Positions 38,362-47,359 of a stretch of 62,694 nucleotides of DNA are shown here, in pieces. Origin of the DNA: an uncultured Chloroflexia bacterium (lineage in GTDB: Bacteria > Chloroflexota > Limnocylindria > Limnocylindrales > CSP1-4); NCBI GenBank assembly GCA_963752475.1, contig CAVVYR010000036.1, forward strand, positions 1-62,694, written 5' to 3'. The first letter of the stretch is position 1. Each line of letters begins with the position of its first letter. The notes under the pieces were generated by a model, which had not been told where the DNA came from, ran no database searches, and saw nothing but the letters and a program-made list of their open reading frames with translations. The position numbers and the translations under genes were made by a program.

Positions 38362-38506
38362 ATCCCGTGGTGGCTGAACTTGACGCGTTTGACAGCCGAG
38401 TGTTCGACTTCAGCCTCCACATGGCTGAGCGCGTCAGTGCCAACCCTGCGGAGCATCAAACCCGACAGCTGGGCGACACCCTCGTCGCGTTCAGCCAGCA
38501 GGGGAT
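38362..38506. repeat. 145-bp element with terminal inverted repeats, copy B
   Basis: Ends ATCCCGTGGTGGCTGAACTTGAC / GTCGCGTTCAGCCAGCAGGGGAT (19/23 inverted match); 94/145 identical to copy A by hand count. Confidence 0.75.
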
Positions 38507-38576
38507 GGAACCGAGACTTGGCGCGAGCCACGGCCCACCGCGAGCGTGCCACCACGCCTTCGACGGGAGAAGCGGC

Positions 38577-38681
38577 GGCTCATGGGGACGCTGCTGCGAG
38601 TGGCCGAGGCGGGGCAGCTGAGACGGTGGCTCATGGGGACGCTGTGGCGGGTGGCAGAAGCGGCGGCTCATGGGGACGCTG
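38577..38681 (+). repeat. Three exact 17-bp direct repeats GGCTCATGGGGACGCTG
   Basis: Copies at 38577, 38628 and 38665; spacers of 34 and 20 nt. Confidence 0.85.
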
Positions 38682-38896
38682 CGGCCGCTCAGCCGCAGCC
38701 GCCCAGACGGTGCTGGCGAGCACGGTGGCGTCCAAGGCGGTGGCAGTGCCCCCATGCCATCGCGTCGACGAAAGGCCCGGAATGGATGGCCGAACGGCAC
38801 AGGCCTAGGTGTTTCGGACAGGTAGACGATAGCCGGGCGCCAAGCCCATGAGGGAGGGGCGCGCGTGATTCGGAACACGTAGCGGGGGCACGTCGC

Positions 38897-40307
38897 TTGG
38901 ACGCAGAACTGCTGGCGAGATTGCAGTTCACGCTGACAGCCAGCTATCACTTCATCTTCCCGCCCCTATCGATGGGGCTGGGACTGATGCTGCTGTTCGT
39001 CAGCGGCATGTATCTCCGGACCAAGGACCCCAAGTGGCGTCAGCTGCAGTTCTTCTGGGTCAAGGTCTACGGCATCATCTTCGCCATGGGCGTCGCCACC
39101 GGCGTCGTCATGGAGTTCGAGTTCGGCATGAACTGGGCCGAGTATTCGCGCTTCGTGGGCAACGTGTTCGGTTCGCTGCTGGCGGCAGAGGGGGTCTTCG
39201 CCTTCTTCCTGGAGGGCGGATTCCTGGGCCTCATGCTCTTCGGCGGCAACCGGCTCGGACCACGGATGTGGTTCCTGGCCAGCTTCATGGTCGTCTTCGG
39301 CGCGCACTTCAGCGCCATCTGGATCACCGCCGCCAACTCCTGGATGCAGACGCCCTGCGGGCTACGCCATCCAGGAAGAGCCGCTTCCGGTCCGGGCCGT
39401 GATGACCGACTTCTGGGAGACCGTCTTCACGCCCTCATTCGTGACGCGGCTGATGCACGTCTTCTTCGCCAGTTGGACGGCCGGCGCAGCACTCATGGCC
39501 AGCGTCGGCGCCTGGTACATCTTGCGCAAGCCGCAGTTCGCCGGCCTGGGCAAGGCCTGCCTGGCCATCTCGCTGCCGCTGTTCATCGTCTTCTCGGTGG
39601 CCAACGGCTTCATCTTCGGCCCCGAGTCTGCCCGTAGCGTGGCCGAGAACCAGCCCACCAAGCTGGCCGCCATGGAGGGCATCTACGAGACGGAGGAGAA
39701 CGCTCCCGCGTACCTCTTCGGCTGGGTCGACGAGGGCAGTGGCGAGACCATGGGGCTAGCGGTCCCCGGACTGCTCAGCTTCCTCAGCGGTCAGGACACC
39801 GTCACCGGCATCAACGACTTCGAGGTGCAACCGACCGTCGTCAACCTGACCTTCCAGTCCTACCACCTGATGGTCGGGCTGGGCATGGCCATCATCCCCT
39901 TCGCGCTGTTGGCCGCAGGGTTGTGGTTCTGGAAGCGGAAGTTGCTCGAGCACCGCTGGGCGCTGTGGATCGTGGTCTCCTCGGTCTTCGTGGCGCTCTT
40001 CATCATCACCATGGGCTGGTGGGTGGCCGAGCTCGGTCGCCAGCCCTGGATCGTGTACGAGCTGATGCTCACGATGGATGCGGCTTCACCGGTCGTGGAA
40101 GCCTGGGAGATCGTGGTCTCGCTGGCCGGCTTCGTGCTCATCTACCTCCTGCTGCTGGTGCTCTTCATGTACCTGCTCAACCGCAAGATCCAACGCGGGC
40201 CGGCGTCTCTCGAGGAGGTCGAGTCCACGCCCGTCGATGCACTGCCTGACACCTTGCGCGGCATCTTCGCCGCGCGCGGCTCGGGCGAGGAGAGGATGAC
40301 GCGATGA
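38897..40307 (+). CDS. cydA: Cytochrome bd ubiquinol oxidase subunit I (frameshift near 39353, probably an artefact)
   Basis: LARLQF...HFIF, GVVMEFEFG, ANSWMQTP, then in the next frame QPTKLAAMEG and GWWVAELGRQPW. Deleting one C gives QTPAGYAIQ. Confidence 0.9.
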
Positions 40308-41323
40308 TCCTCAACGAGATCTGGTTCATCCTCTTCATCGTCATCGTCGGTGGCTATCTCATCCTCGACGGCTTCGACATGGGTGTGGGCATCCTGCACC
40401 TGGGCGTCGCGCGCACGGACATCGAGCGGCGCACCCTGCTGAACAGCATCGGGCCGGTGTGGGACGGCAACGAGGTCTGGCTCATCCTGGGTGGTGGCGT
40501 GCTCTTCGCCATCTTCCCCTTCGCCTACGCCTCGTTGTTCAGCGGCCTGTACCTCGCGTTCATGCTCGTGCTGGTCGTGCTCATCTTCCGCACGGTCACC
40601 TTCGAGTTCCGTTCCCAGCGCACGAGCCCGACCTGGCGCACGGTGTGGGACATCTCGTTCAGCCTGTCCTCACTGCTGCTGGCGCTGCTGCTGGGCGTGG
40701 CCTTCGGGGCCGTCGTCAGTGGCCTGCCCGTGCAGTCGAACCAGGAGATCACCACCAACCTCATCGAGCTGTTGACGCCGTTCAACCTGCTCGTGGGCGT
40801 GACCACCGTGGCCATGTTCGCGATGCACGGCGCGATCTTCCTGATCATGAAGACCGAGGACGATCTACAGGCACGCATCAGGAGGGTGCTGCCCTACCTC
40901 ATGGGCCTGTTCGTGGTGCTCAACACGTTGATGGTCATCTTCTCCATCGCGTTGGAGCTGCCGTTCACCGACCGCTATCTTGACCAGATCTGGCCGGTCA
41001 TCTTCCCGGCGGCCGCCCTCGCGGCCATGGGCGCGGTCTGGTACCTGGTCCAGCGGACTCGCTACTTCCATGCCTTCATCGCCTCGTCGGTGATGATCCT
41101 GATGCTGCTGGTCGCCGGGGGCATCGGCATGCACCCGAACCTGCTCATCAGCACCGTCGATCAGGCCTACAACCTGACCATCTTCAATGCGGCTTCGGAG
41201 GAGCCGACGCTGATCGTGGCGCTGGTCATCGCCCTCATCGGGATGCCCTTCGTGCTGCTATACACGGCAGGTGTCTACTACATCTTCCGGGGCAAGGTCC
41301 GCGTCGACCCCACGAGCTACTAG
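40304..41323 (+). CDS. cydB: Cytochrome bd oxidase subunit II
   Basis: LDGFDMGVG, IGPVWDGNEVWL, FEFR, YYIFRGKV. Confidence 0.93.
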   Translation: MILNEIWFILFIVIVGGYLILDGFDMGVGILHLGVARTDIERRTLLNSIGPVWDGNEVWLILGGGVLFAIFPFAYASLFSGLYLAFMLVLVVLIFRTVTFEFRSQRTSPTWRTVWDISFSLSSLLLALLLGVAFGAVVSGLPVQSNQEITTNLIELLTPFNLLVGVTTVAMFAMHGAIFLIMKTEDDLQARIRRVLPYLMGLFVVLNTLMVIFSIALELPFTDRYLDQIWPVIFPAAALAAMGAVWYLVQRTRYFHAFIASSVMILMLLVAGGIGMHPNLLISTVDQAYNLTIFNAASEEPTLIVALVIALIGMPFVLLYTAGVYYIFRGKVRVDPTSY

Positions 41324-41362
41324 CCGTGCCGGCCTGAGCTCCGTAAGCGGGCTCGGCCGCAC

Positions 41363-43147
41363 GTGATCGGCACACGGACAGCCGGCGACTCTCCGGAGCG
41401 CCGGCTGCTTCGTTACGACCGGGTCGCCCGCCGCTGGATGATCGTGGCCGTGGCGAGCAGTGTCGTCGCCACGATGGCCCTGGTGGCCCAGCTCATCGCC
41501 GTGGCCCTCGCGGTGGCCGGCGTCTTCCTCGAGGATCGCGCGCTCGAGGACGTCCTGCCGCTCCTCGTGCTCGGTCTCGTCCTGCTCATCGGCCGCACGG
41601 CACTGGGGATCGTGGGCGAGCTGGCCGCCCGTCGTTCGGCGGAGCGGCTCGTGGGTACCCTCCGCGCCGACCTCACAGGCCACGTGCTGCGCCTGGGCCC
41701 GACCTGGACCAGCGGCGAACGCTCAGGCGAGATCGGCGGCGTGCTCATCGGCGGGCTCGAGGCCATCGAGGAGTACGTGACCCAGTTCCTGCCCGCCCGC
41801 TGGCTGGCCATGATCGTGCCCCTGCTGGTCCTGCTGCTGGTGCTGCTCCTGGACGCGTGGTCCGTGCTCGTGCTGCTGTTCACGGGGCCGCTGCTGGTGA
41901 TGCTGCTGGTGGTCATCGGCGGCCGCACGAAGTCGGTGACCGAGCAGCGCTTCGTCGAGATGCGCACGCTCAGCGCCTTCTTCCTCGACGTCCTGCGGGG
42001 CATCGCCACGCTCAAGATGTTCGGGCGCAGCCGCGAGCAGATCGACAACCTGCGGCACATCAGCAGCCGCTACGGCGACGCCACCATGGACGTGCTGCGG
42101 ACCGCCTTCCAGACGAGCCTCGTGCTCGAGTGGGGCGCGACCATCGCCATCGCCCTCGTGGCCGTGGAGATCGGCCTGCGCCTGCTCGAGGGCACGATCC
42201 CCTTCGAACGGGCTCTCGCGGTACTGCTCATCACGCCCGAGTTCTTCCTGCCCCTGCGTGCCCTCGCGGTCCGCTTCCACTCTGGCACAGCGGGCCGGGC
42301 TGCCATCGTGCGCACCTTCGAGATCCTCGACGAGCCGTCGCCCAGCCAGGAGGAGACGGTCGATGGTGACGCAAGCACGACCGATCCCGCCGTGACCGTG
42401 CCGCCGGAGATCACCTTCAGCGGTATCGAGTTCACGTACCCGGCTCGCGAGGCACCGGCGTTGGCCGGCGTCAGCCTCGAGTTGCGGCCGGGCGAGTCGC
42501 TCGCCCTGGTGGGGGCCAGTGGGGCCGGCAAGTCCACCGTCAGCAGTCTGCTCTTGCGCTTCATCGACCCCGATGCCGGCACCATCACCGTGGACGGTCG
42601 GCCGCTCGCCGAGCTCGGGCGTGCCGCCTGGCGAGCCTCGGTGGCGTGGGTGCCGCAGCGGCCGCACCTCTTCGACGGCAGCGTGGCCGACAACATCCGG
42701 CTCGCGCGTCCCGGCGCCACCGAGGCGGAGGTCGCAGCTGCCGCCCTGGCCGCCAACGCGACCGAGTTCATCGAGCGCCTGCCACAGGGCCTCGACACGC
42801 CGGTGGGGGAGGCCGGTGCTCGGTTCTCCGGCGGTCAGCGACAGCGCATCGCCATCGCCCGGGCCTACCTCCGCGACGCGCCGGTGCTCATCCTCGACGA
42901 GGCCACCTCGCACCAGGACGAAGCCAGCGAACGCGCCATCGCCGATGCCCTCGACCGCTTGGTGGAGGGCCGCACGGTGCTGGTCATCGCGCATCGGCTG
43001 CGCCTGGCCGCCCGCGCGGACCGGGTCGCGGTGCTCGCTGCCGGACGCGTGCTGGAGCAGGGCACACCGGCCGAGCTGCTGGCTACCGGCGGCGCCTACC
43101 GTCGGCTCGTCGACGACTTCGGCCAGGACGAGGAGGTGGACGCGTGA
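41363..43147 (+). CDS. cydD: Thiol reductant ABC exporter subunit CydD
   Basis: TMDVLRTAFQTS.VLE, PEFFLPLR...FH, GASGAGKST, FSGGQRQR; follows cydAB. Confidence 0.9.
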   Translation: MIGTRTAGDSPERRLLRYDRVARRWMIVAVASSVVATMALVAQLIAVALAVAGVFLEDRALEDVLPLLVLGLVLLIGRTALGIVGELAARRSAERLVGTLRADLTGHVLRLGPTWTSGERSGEIGGVLIGGLEAIEEYVTQFLPARWLAMIVPLLVLLLVLLLDAWSVLVLLFTGPLLVMLLVVIGGRTKSVTEQRFVEMRTLSAFFLDVLRGIATLKMFGRSREQIDNLRHISSRYGDATMDVLRTAFQTSLVLEWGATIAIALVAVEIGLRLLEGTIPFERALAVLLITPEFFLPLRALAVRFHSGTAGRAAIVRTFEILDEPSPSQEETVDGDASTTDPAVTVPPEITFSGIEFTYPAREAPALAGVSLELRPGESLALVGASGAGKSTVSSLLLRFIDPDAGTITVDGRPLAELGRAAWRASVAWVPQRPHLFDGSVADNIRLARPGATEAEVAAAALAANATEFIERLPQGLDTPVGEAGARFSGGQRQRIAIARAYLRDAPVLILDEATSHQDEASERAIADALDRLVEGRTVLVIAHRLRLAARADRVAVLAAGRVLEQGTPAELLATGGAYRRLVDDFGQDEEVDA

Positions 43148-44790
43148 GCGACATGCGCCGTCTCATGCGGCTGGTGCTGGTCCATCGGGTTTGGCTGGCC
43201 GGGGGTGCGCTCTTCGGCATCATCGCGGTCGGTTCCAACGTTGCCCTCATGGGCCTCTCGGCGTACCTCATCAGCAAGGCCGCCATCGCCAGCGGCGTGG
43301 CCGAGCTGGCGCTGGCGGTCACCGGCGTGCGCGTGCTGGCCATCTCACGCGCGGCCTTCCGCTACCTCGAGCGCTACACCACGCACCGGGCCATGTTCCG
43401 CATCCTCTCGACCGTGCGCGTGTGGTTCTACCGCGCCATCGAGCCGCTGGCGCCGGCCCGTCTCGTCGATCGCCGCAGCGGTGACCTGCTGACCCGCTCG
43501 GTCAGCGACGTCGACAACCTCGAGGACTTCTACATCAAGGTGCTGGTGCCGCCGGTCGTGGCCGCGGTCGTGGTCGCCGGCATCAGCGTCATCTACGGCG
43601 TCTTCGATGTCGCCCTCGGGCTGTCCCTGGCGTTCTTCCTCGTGCTCACCGGCGTGGTGCTGCCGCTGGCCTCTCGCTGGCTCTCGACCGCACCCGCCGC
43701 GGCCGTGGCCACCATCCGCGGCGACGTCGGAGCCATGCTCGTGGACGAGGTCCAGGGCGTCGCCGACCTGGTGGCGCTCGACGCGGCTGCCGGACACCGC
43801 GCTCGACTCCTGGCCCGAGCGCAGGAACTCGACGATGCCCGCCGACGTCTGGGGGCCATCGAGGGTGTGGCCAACGCGCTTTCGGGTCTGTTCGCGTCGC
43901 TCGCCGGGCTGGTGATCCTGGTGCTGGCCATCCCCATGGTCACCGCCGGCGAGCTCGAGGGCGTGTTCCTCGCGGCCCTGCCGCTGGCGGCCATCGCGGC
44001 CTTCGAGGCCGTCCAGCCGCTGTCACGTTCGCTGCAGCTGTACGACTCGACGAAGGTCTCGGCTCGCCGGGTGTTCGAGCTCGTCGATGAGGAACCGCCG
44101 GTGGTCGATCCTGCCGAACCGGTCGCCCTGCCCGAGACGCACGCGATCGAGGTCCAGGGGCTCTCGTTCCGCTTCGGCGAGGACGAAGCGTGGGTGCTGC
44201 GCGACCTCGACCTGCGGGTCGAGGCAGGGGAGCGGGTCGCCTTCGTGGGGCCGTCAGGCAGCGGCAAGTCCACGCTGGTGTCGCTCCTGCTGCGCTTCTG
44301 GGAGTACGAGACGGGTTCGATCCGACTCGGCGGCCGGGAGCTGCACGAGCTCGACCAGGAGGCCGTGCGCGAGCAGCTGGCGGTGGTGCCGCAGGACGTC
44401 TATCTGTTCAACGCCACCATCGAGGACAATCTGCTCCTGGCCGACGCACATGCCACACGCGAGGAGATCGAGCGGGCCTGTGCCGTGGCGCAGCTGGACG
44501 CGCTCATCGCCACCCTGCCCGATGGCTATGACACCGTCGTGGGCGAGGACGGGCTCCTGTTGTCAGGTGGGGAGCGGCGACGGCTGGCCATCGCGCGGGC
44601 GGTGCTGAAGGACGCCCCGGTGGTGATCCTCGACGAGGCCACCGCCGACCTCGACAGCACCACCGAGGCGGCGCTCTGGTCGGCGATGGACCCGTGGATG
44701 CGGGGCAAGACCGTGCTCGCCATCTCGCACCGTCCCACCATCGGCGATCACGTGGACCGCGTGGTCAGCCTGGGCCTGGCTCAGTCGTAG
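43144..44790 (+). CDS. cydC: Thiol reductant ABC exporter subunit CydC
   Basis: GTGA overlap; LMGLSAYLISKAA, GVR..AISRAAFRYLERY..H, GPSGSGKST, LSGGERRR. Confidence 0.9.
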   Translation: MSDMRRLMRLVLVHRVWLAGGALFGIIAVGSNVALMGLSAYLISKAAIASGVAELALAVTGVRVLAISRAAFRYLERYTTHRAMFRILSTVRVWFYRAIEPLAPARLVDRRSGDLLTRSVSDVDNLEDFYIKVLVPPVVAAVVVAGISVIYGVFDVALGLSLAFFLVLTGVVLPLASRWLSTAPAAAVATIRGDVGAMLVDEVQGVADLVALDAAAGHRARLLARAQELDDARRRLGAIEGVANALSGLFASLAGLVILVLAIPMVTAGELEGVFLAALPLAAIAAFEAVQPLSRSLQLYDSTKVSARRVFELVDEEPPVVDPAEPVALPETHAIEVQGLSFRFGEDEAWVLRDLDLRVEAGERVAFVGPSGSGKSTLVSLLLRFWEYETGSIRLGGRELHELDQEAVREQLAVVPQDVYLFNATIEDNLLLADAHATREEIERACAVAQLDALIATLPDGYDTVVGEDGLLLSGGERRRLAIARAVLKDAPVVILDEATADLDSTTEAALWSAMDPWMRGKTVLAISHRPTIGDHVDRVVSLGLAQS

Positions 44791-45350
44791 AGATCCCGGA
44801 TCTCCGGCGCCGGTGGGACCGTGGCCTCGAAGATCGCGCCCTGGACGTCGTAGTGGGGGTCCACGTAGGCGACTTCCGCGGCGGCGATCAGGCCCTCGTA
44901 TGCGCCCTCCCCATCGAAGATGGCCGTCGCCGGTCGCACCGTCATCTCACCGGTGAGGCGGATCACGCTCGTCGGTCGCTCCTGCCAGGCGCCATCGTCG
45001 TTCTCGATCGGGAAGTAGCCGGTCGAGAGTCGCACGCCCGAGTAGACAGCCGTGTTGTGCACCAGGTTGATCGTGCCGTCCAGTCGCGGGTCTGTCGTCT
45101 CGTCGACCCAGAGCTCGGAACGCGCGTCCCGGTAGGTGACGAGACCGTCCTCGTGCGACTCGACCGTGCCACGTTCGGCGGCTCCTGCGGCCATCCAGCG
45201 AGCCTCGAACTCGACGGGCGTCACTGCCTCGACCTCGGCGCCCGGCACGACCGTCGTCGCCTGATCCGATTGCAGCGGCCCGATGAGCAGGAACCCACCG
45301 AAGAGCGCGATGATCGCCGTCGCGGCGAGTGTCTTGGTAGCTGTGAACAT
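44781..45350 (-). CDS. Exported or membrane-anchored protein (anti-sigma C-terminal part), same domain family as 16235..17528
   Basis: GGAGG 9 nt before ATG 45350; signal/TM segment; DPRLDG, ENDDGAW, GEGAYEGL, GAIFE..PP.P. Confidence 0.7.
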   Translation of the reverse strand: MFTATKTLAATAIIALFGGFLLIGPLQSDQATTVVPGAEVEAVTPVEFEARWMAAGAAERGTVESHEDGLVTYRDARSELWVDETTDPRLDGTINLVHNTAVYSGVRLSTGYFPIENDDGAWQERPTSVIRLTGEMTVRPATAIFDGEGAYEGLIAAAEVAYVDPHYDVQGAIFEATVPPAPEIRDLYD

Positions 45351-45838
45351 GGACCAGAACCTCCACATCGGGGACTTGGTCGCGACCGAACGAACCACGG
45401 CCGCGACGTAGCGCATGGCCAGCAGCGCCCGGTCGTCGGGGTCCAGATGGGCCATGGCGCGCCGAAGGTCGACTCGATCGATGCCGGTGGCGGGGTCGAC
45501 TCCACCGGGTCGGGTCGAGGCGTCGACGTGGATCTCGACCTGGTGCCGTCGGTGTTGCCGTTTGGCCAGGCGTTTGGCCTCGTTGGCCGCCACCGAGACG
45601 AGCCAGGGGCGCAGTCGGGCGGGATCGCGCAGGGATCCGAGCTTGCGCCAGGCGATGTCCCAGGCGGCCTGTACCGCGTCGTCAGCCAGCCCATCGTCCC
45701 GCGTGATGAAGCGGCACACGCGAGCATGTGGTCGTGGTGCTCCACGACGATCCGCTCGAACGCGACCTCATCGCCTGAAGCCGCGGACGTGATCGCGCGG
45801 TGCAACTCTCCCCGGACCGCTTCGGTCATGGCCTCCAT
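45351..45838 (-). pseudogene. ECF sigma pseudogene (frameshift, region 4 deleted) fused to an anti-sigma remnant
   Basis: GDEVAFERIV; 1-nt deletion near 45722; ADDAVQAAW...LRDPARLRPWL; breaks after LLAMRYVA (about 45402) into AVVRSVATKSPMWRFWSM. Confidence 0.75.
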
Positions 45839-46004
45839 GCCCCTTAGATGCATCCACCCGGTCCGAGTGATTCATCCGGAGGAAGCGAGTATCTCAGGCC
45901 GCCCAAGCCGAACGGCCGGCCCTTGGCTCGACCGGCCGTTGGTGGTGGGGCGTCGATCGCGGTCGACGCGCCGGCGGATCCGTCAGTACGACGCTGACGA
46001 TGGC

Positions 46005-46655
46005 CTAGTCAGCTGAGGGTTCCAGCAGGTCGAGCGTGAGCGGCTGGCCCGCAGCGATGTCCACCGCGGCGATGTGGCCGCTGATGTCCCTGCGATCGGT
46101 CAAGGCGCCAGGGCCCACCTCGGTCGCCGGGAGCACACGCAGGACGCCCGAGTTTGCATAGACGTCGTCCCCGGCAAGGATGTCTCGGGCGGCGGCGACC
46201 ACCTCGCGGGGGTCAGGCACGTGGGTCCAGGTGTTGTTCTCCATGGTGGCCTTGCGGTTTGCAACGAGATCCTCCCCCCACAACTCGAAGGTGAGGAGCT
46301 CACCATCGAAGTCCCAGAAGTACGTCGCCGGCACCAGTCTTCCGGCCGTCTCGTCGTGGGTCATCTCGGTCCAGAGGTTGCCTTGCGTGGCATAGGTGAA
46401 GCCGACGTCGGTGCCTTCACCTTCTTCTCTGGTGCGGCCGCCGCCGTCCTCATGGAATGCGATCCACAGGTCGGGGTCCTCCACGGACACGAAGGTGCCG
46501 GTCGGGAAGGCCTGATCGTCGGTCTGTTCCGGTGCTGACAGGCCGCCGGGACCTGAGAAGCCGCCTTCGTCAGCCGGCATGACGAGCGGCGAGACACCGA
46601 GGCCCAGGATGAAGGCCAGGCCCGCCGCAGCTGCGAACTTGAGGGTGGGAGCCAT
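46005..46655 (-). CDS. Exported or membrane-anchored protein with a C-terminal SAF domain (internal-start product of an anti-sigma gene)
   Basis: GGGAGGT SD 8 nt before ATG 46655; TM/signal; VVAAARDILAG...GAL...GHIAAVDIAAGQPLT SAF-like motif. Confidence 0.72.
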   Translation of the reverse strand: MAPTLKFAAAAGLAFILGLGVSPLVMPADEGGFSGPGGLSAPEQTDDQAFPTGTFVSVEDPDLWIAFHEDGGGRTREEGEGTDVGFTYATQGNLWTEMTHDETAGRLVPATYFWDFDGELLTFELWGEDLVANRKATMENNTWTHVPDPREVVAAARDILAGDDVYANSGVLRVLPATEVGPGALTDRRDISGHIAAVDIAAGQPLTLDLLEPSAD

Positions 46656-46805
46656 GATCGTGTACCTCCCTGGGAACGTCCACCACGGACGCTGTCGCGT
46701 TCGCGACGTCCGCTCGAGGATGTCGTCGAGATAGTCGGGGGTACCCGTCCCGGCGAGATCGGCGATGGCGTCGGAGAGAGCTCGTTAGAGTCGGTCGTCA
46801 GTCAT
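46656..46805 (-). pseudogene. Anti-sigma cytoplasmic N-terminus inactivated by TAA at codon 7
   Basis: MTDDRL*RALSDAIADLAGTGTPDYLDDILERTSRTRQRPWW, in frame with 46005..46655; ATGA overlap with the sigma gene. Confidence 0.75.
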
Positions 46806-47359
46806 GCCTGTTCTCCGGGTGCAGGTGCCGGCGCTCGTTCGGGTCCGACCACGACCGAGCGCATGCGCAGCGGGGATCGATGCAATCGGGACATGGCCGT
46901 ACCTAGCGGGATACCGAGCGTTTCGGCAGCCTCTGGTACGGACAGCCCCAGGTAGTAGCGGAGCACGACGAGGGCTCGTTGCTTGGGCTCGAGGGAGGCC
47001 AGCGCCTCCTCGAGCACCTGCCGGTCGAGCACCTGTTCCTGGGCGTCAGGTGTCGTGCGTGCGTCGCTGTCGAGCAGCTCGATCTCGACCACCCGACGCC
47101 GTCGGCGCCGCGCAGCCTCGATCGCGGAGTTCACGGTGATGCGATGGATCTAGGCGTCCCAGCGCTCGGGATCGCGCAGGCCCGGCAAGTCTCGCCAAGC
47201 CTTGACCATCGCCTCCTGGACGGCATCCCGCGCGAGATCCGCGTCCCGGAGGATGAGTCGGGCGACCGCGTCGAGGCGCGCGAGAGCCTGGCCGGCAAGC
47301 AGCGCGAGGGCGTCATGATCGCCGTCGCGTGCTGCGAGGACCAGTGCTCGCTGTTCCAC
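46802..47359 (-). pseudogene. ECF sigma factor pseudogene (TAG in place of a conserved Trp)
   Basis: LRDPERWDA*IHRIT with an in-frame stop at 47150-47152; region 4 also degenerate (GTAMSRLHRSP). Confidence 0.82.

Noticed and set aside
38577-38681. CRISPR array
   Set aside because: Only three 17-bp repeats, unequal spacers (34 and 20 nt), no cas genes in the window.
38107-38950. ORFs of 233, 164 and 101 aa across the repeat region
   Set aside because: Their peptide repeats only reflect the DNA repeats, whose spacing (51 and 37 nt) does not keep a single frame.
39340-39370. Programmed frameshift or true pseudogene in cydA
   Set aside because: No slippery heptamer seen; both halves are conserved and cydBDC are intact; it matches the indel-error pattern.
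42646-43143. N-terminal extension of CydC (714-aa ORF)
   Set aside because: It overlaps cydD out of frame; the likely start is GTG 43144 with an SD and a 4-nt overlap.
47150-47152. Amber readthrough or recoding in the ECF gene
   Set aside because: TAG is used as a normal stop throughout the window. The partner gene has an independent TAA and region 4 is degenerate, so pseudogenisation is the simpler explanation.
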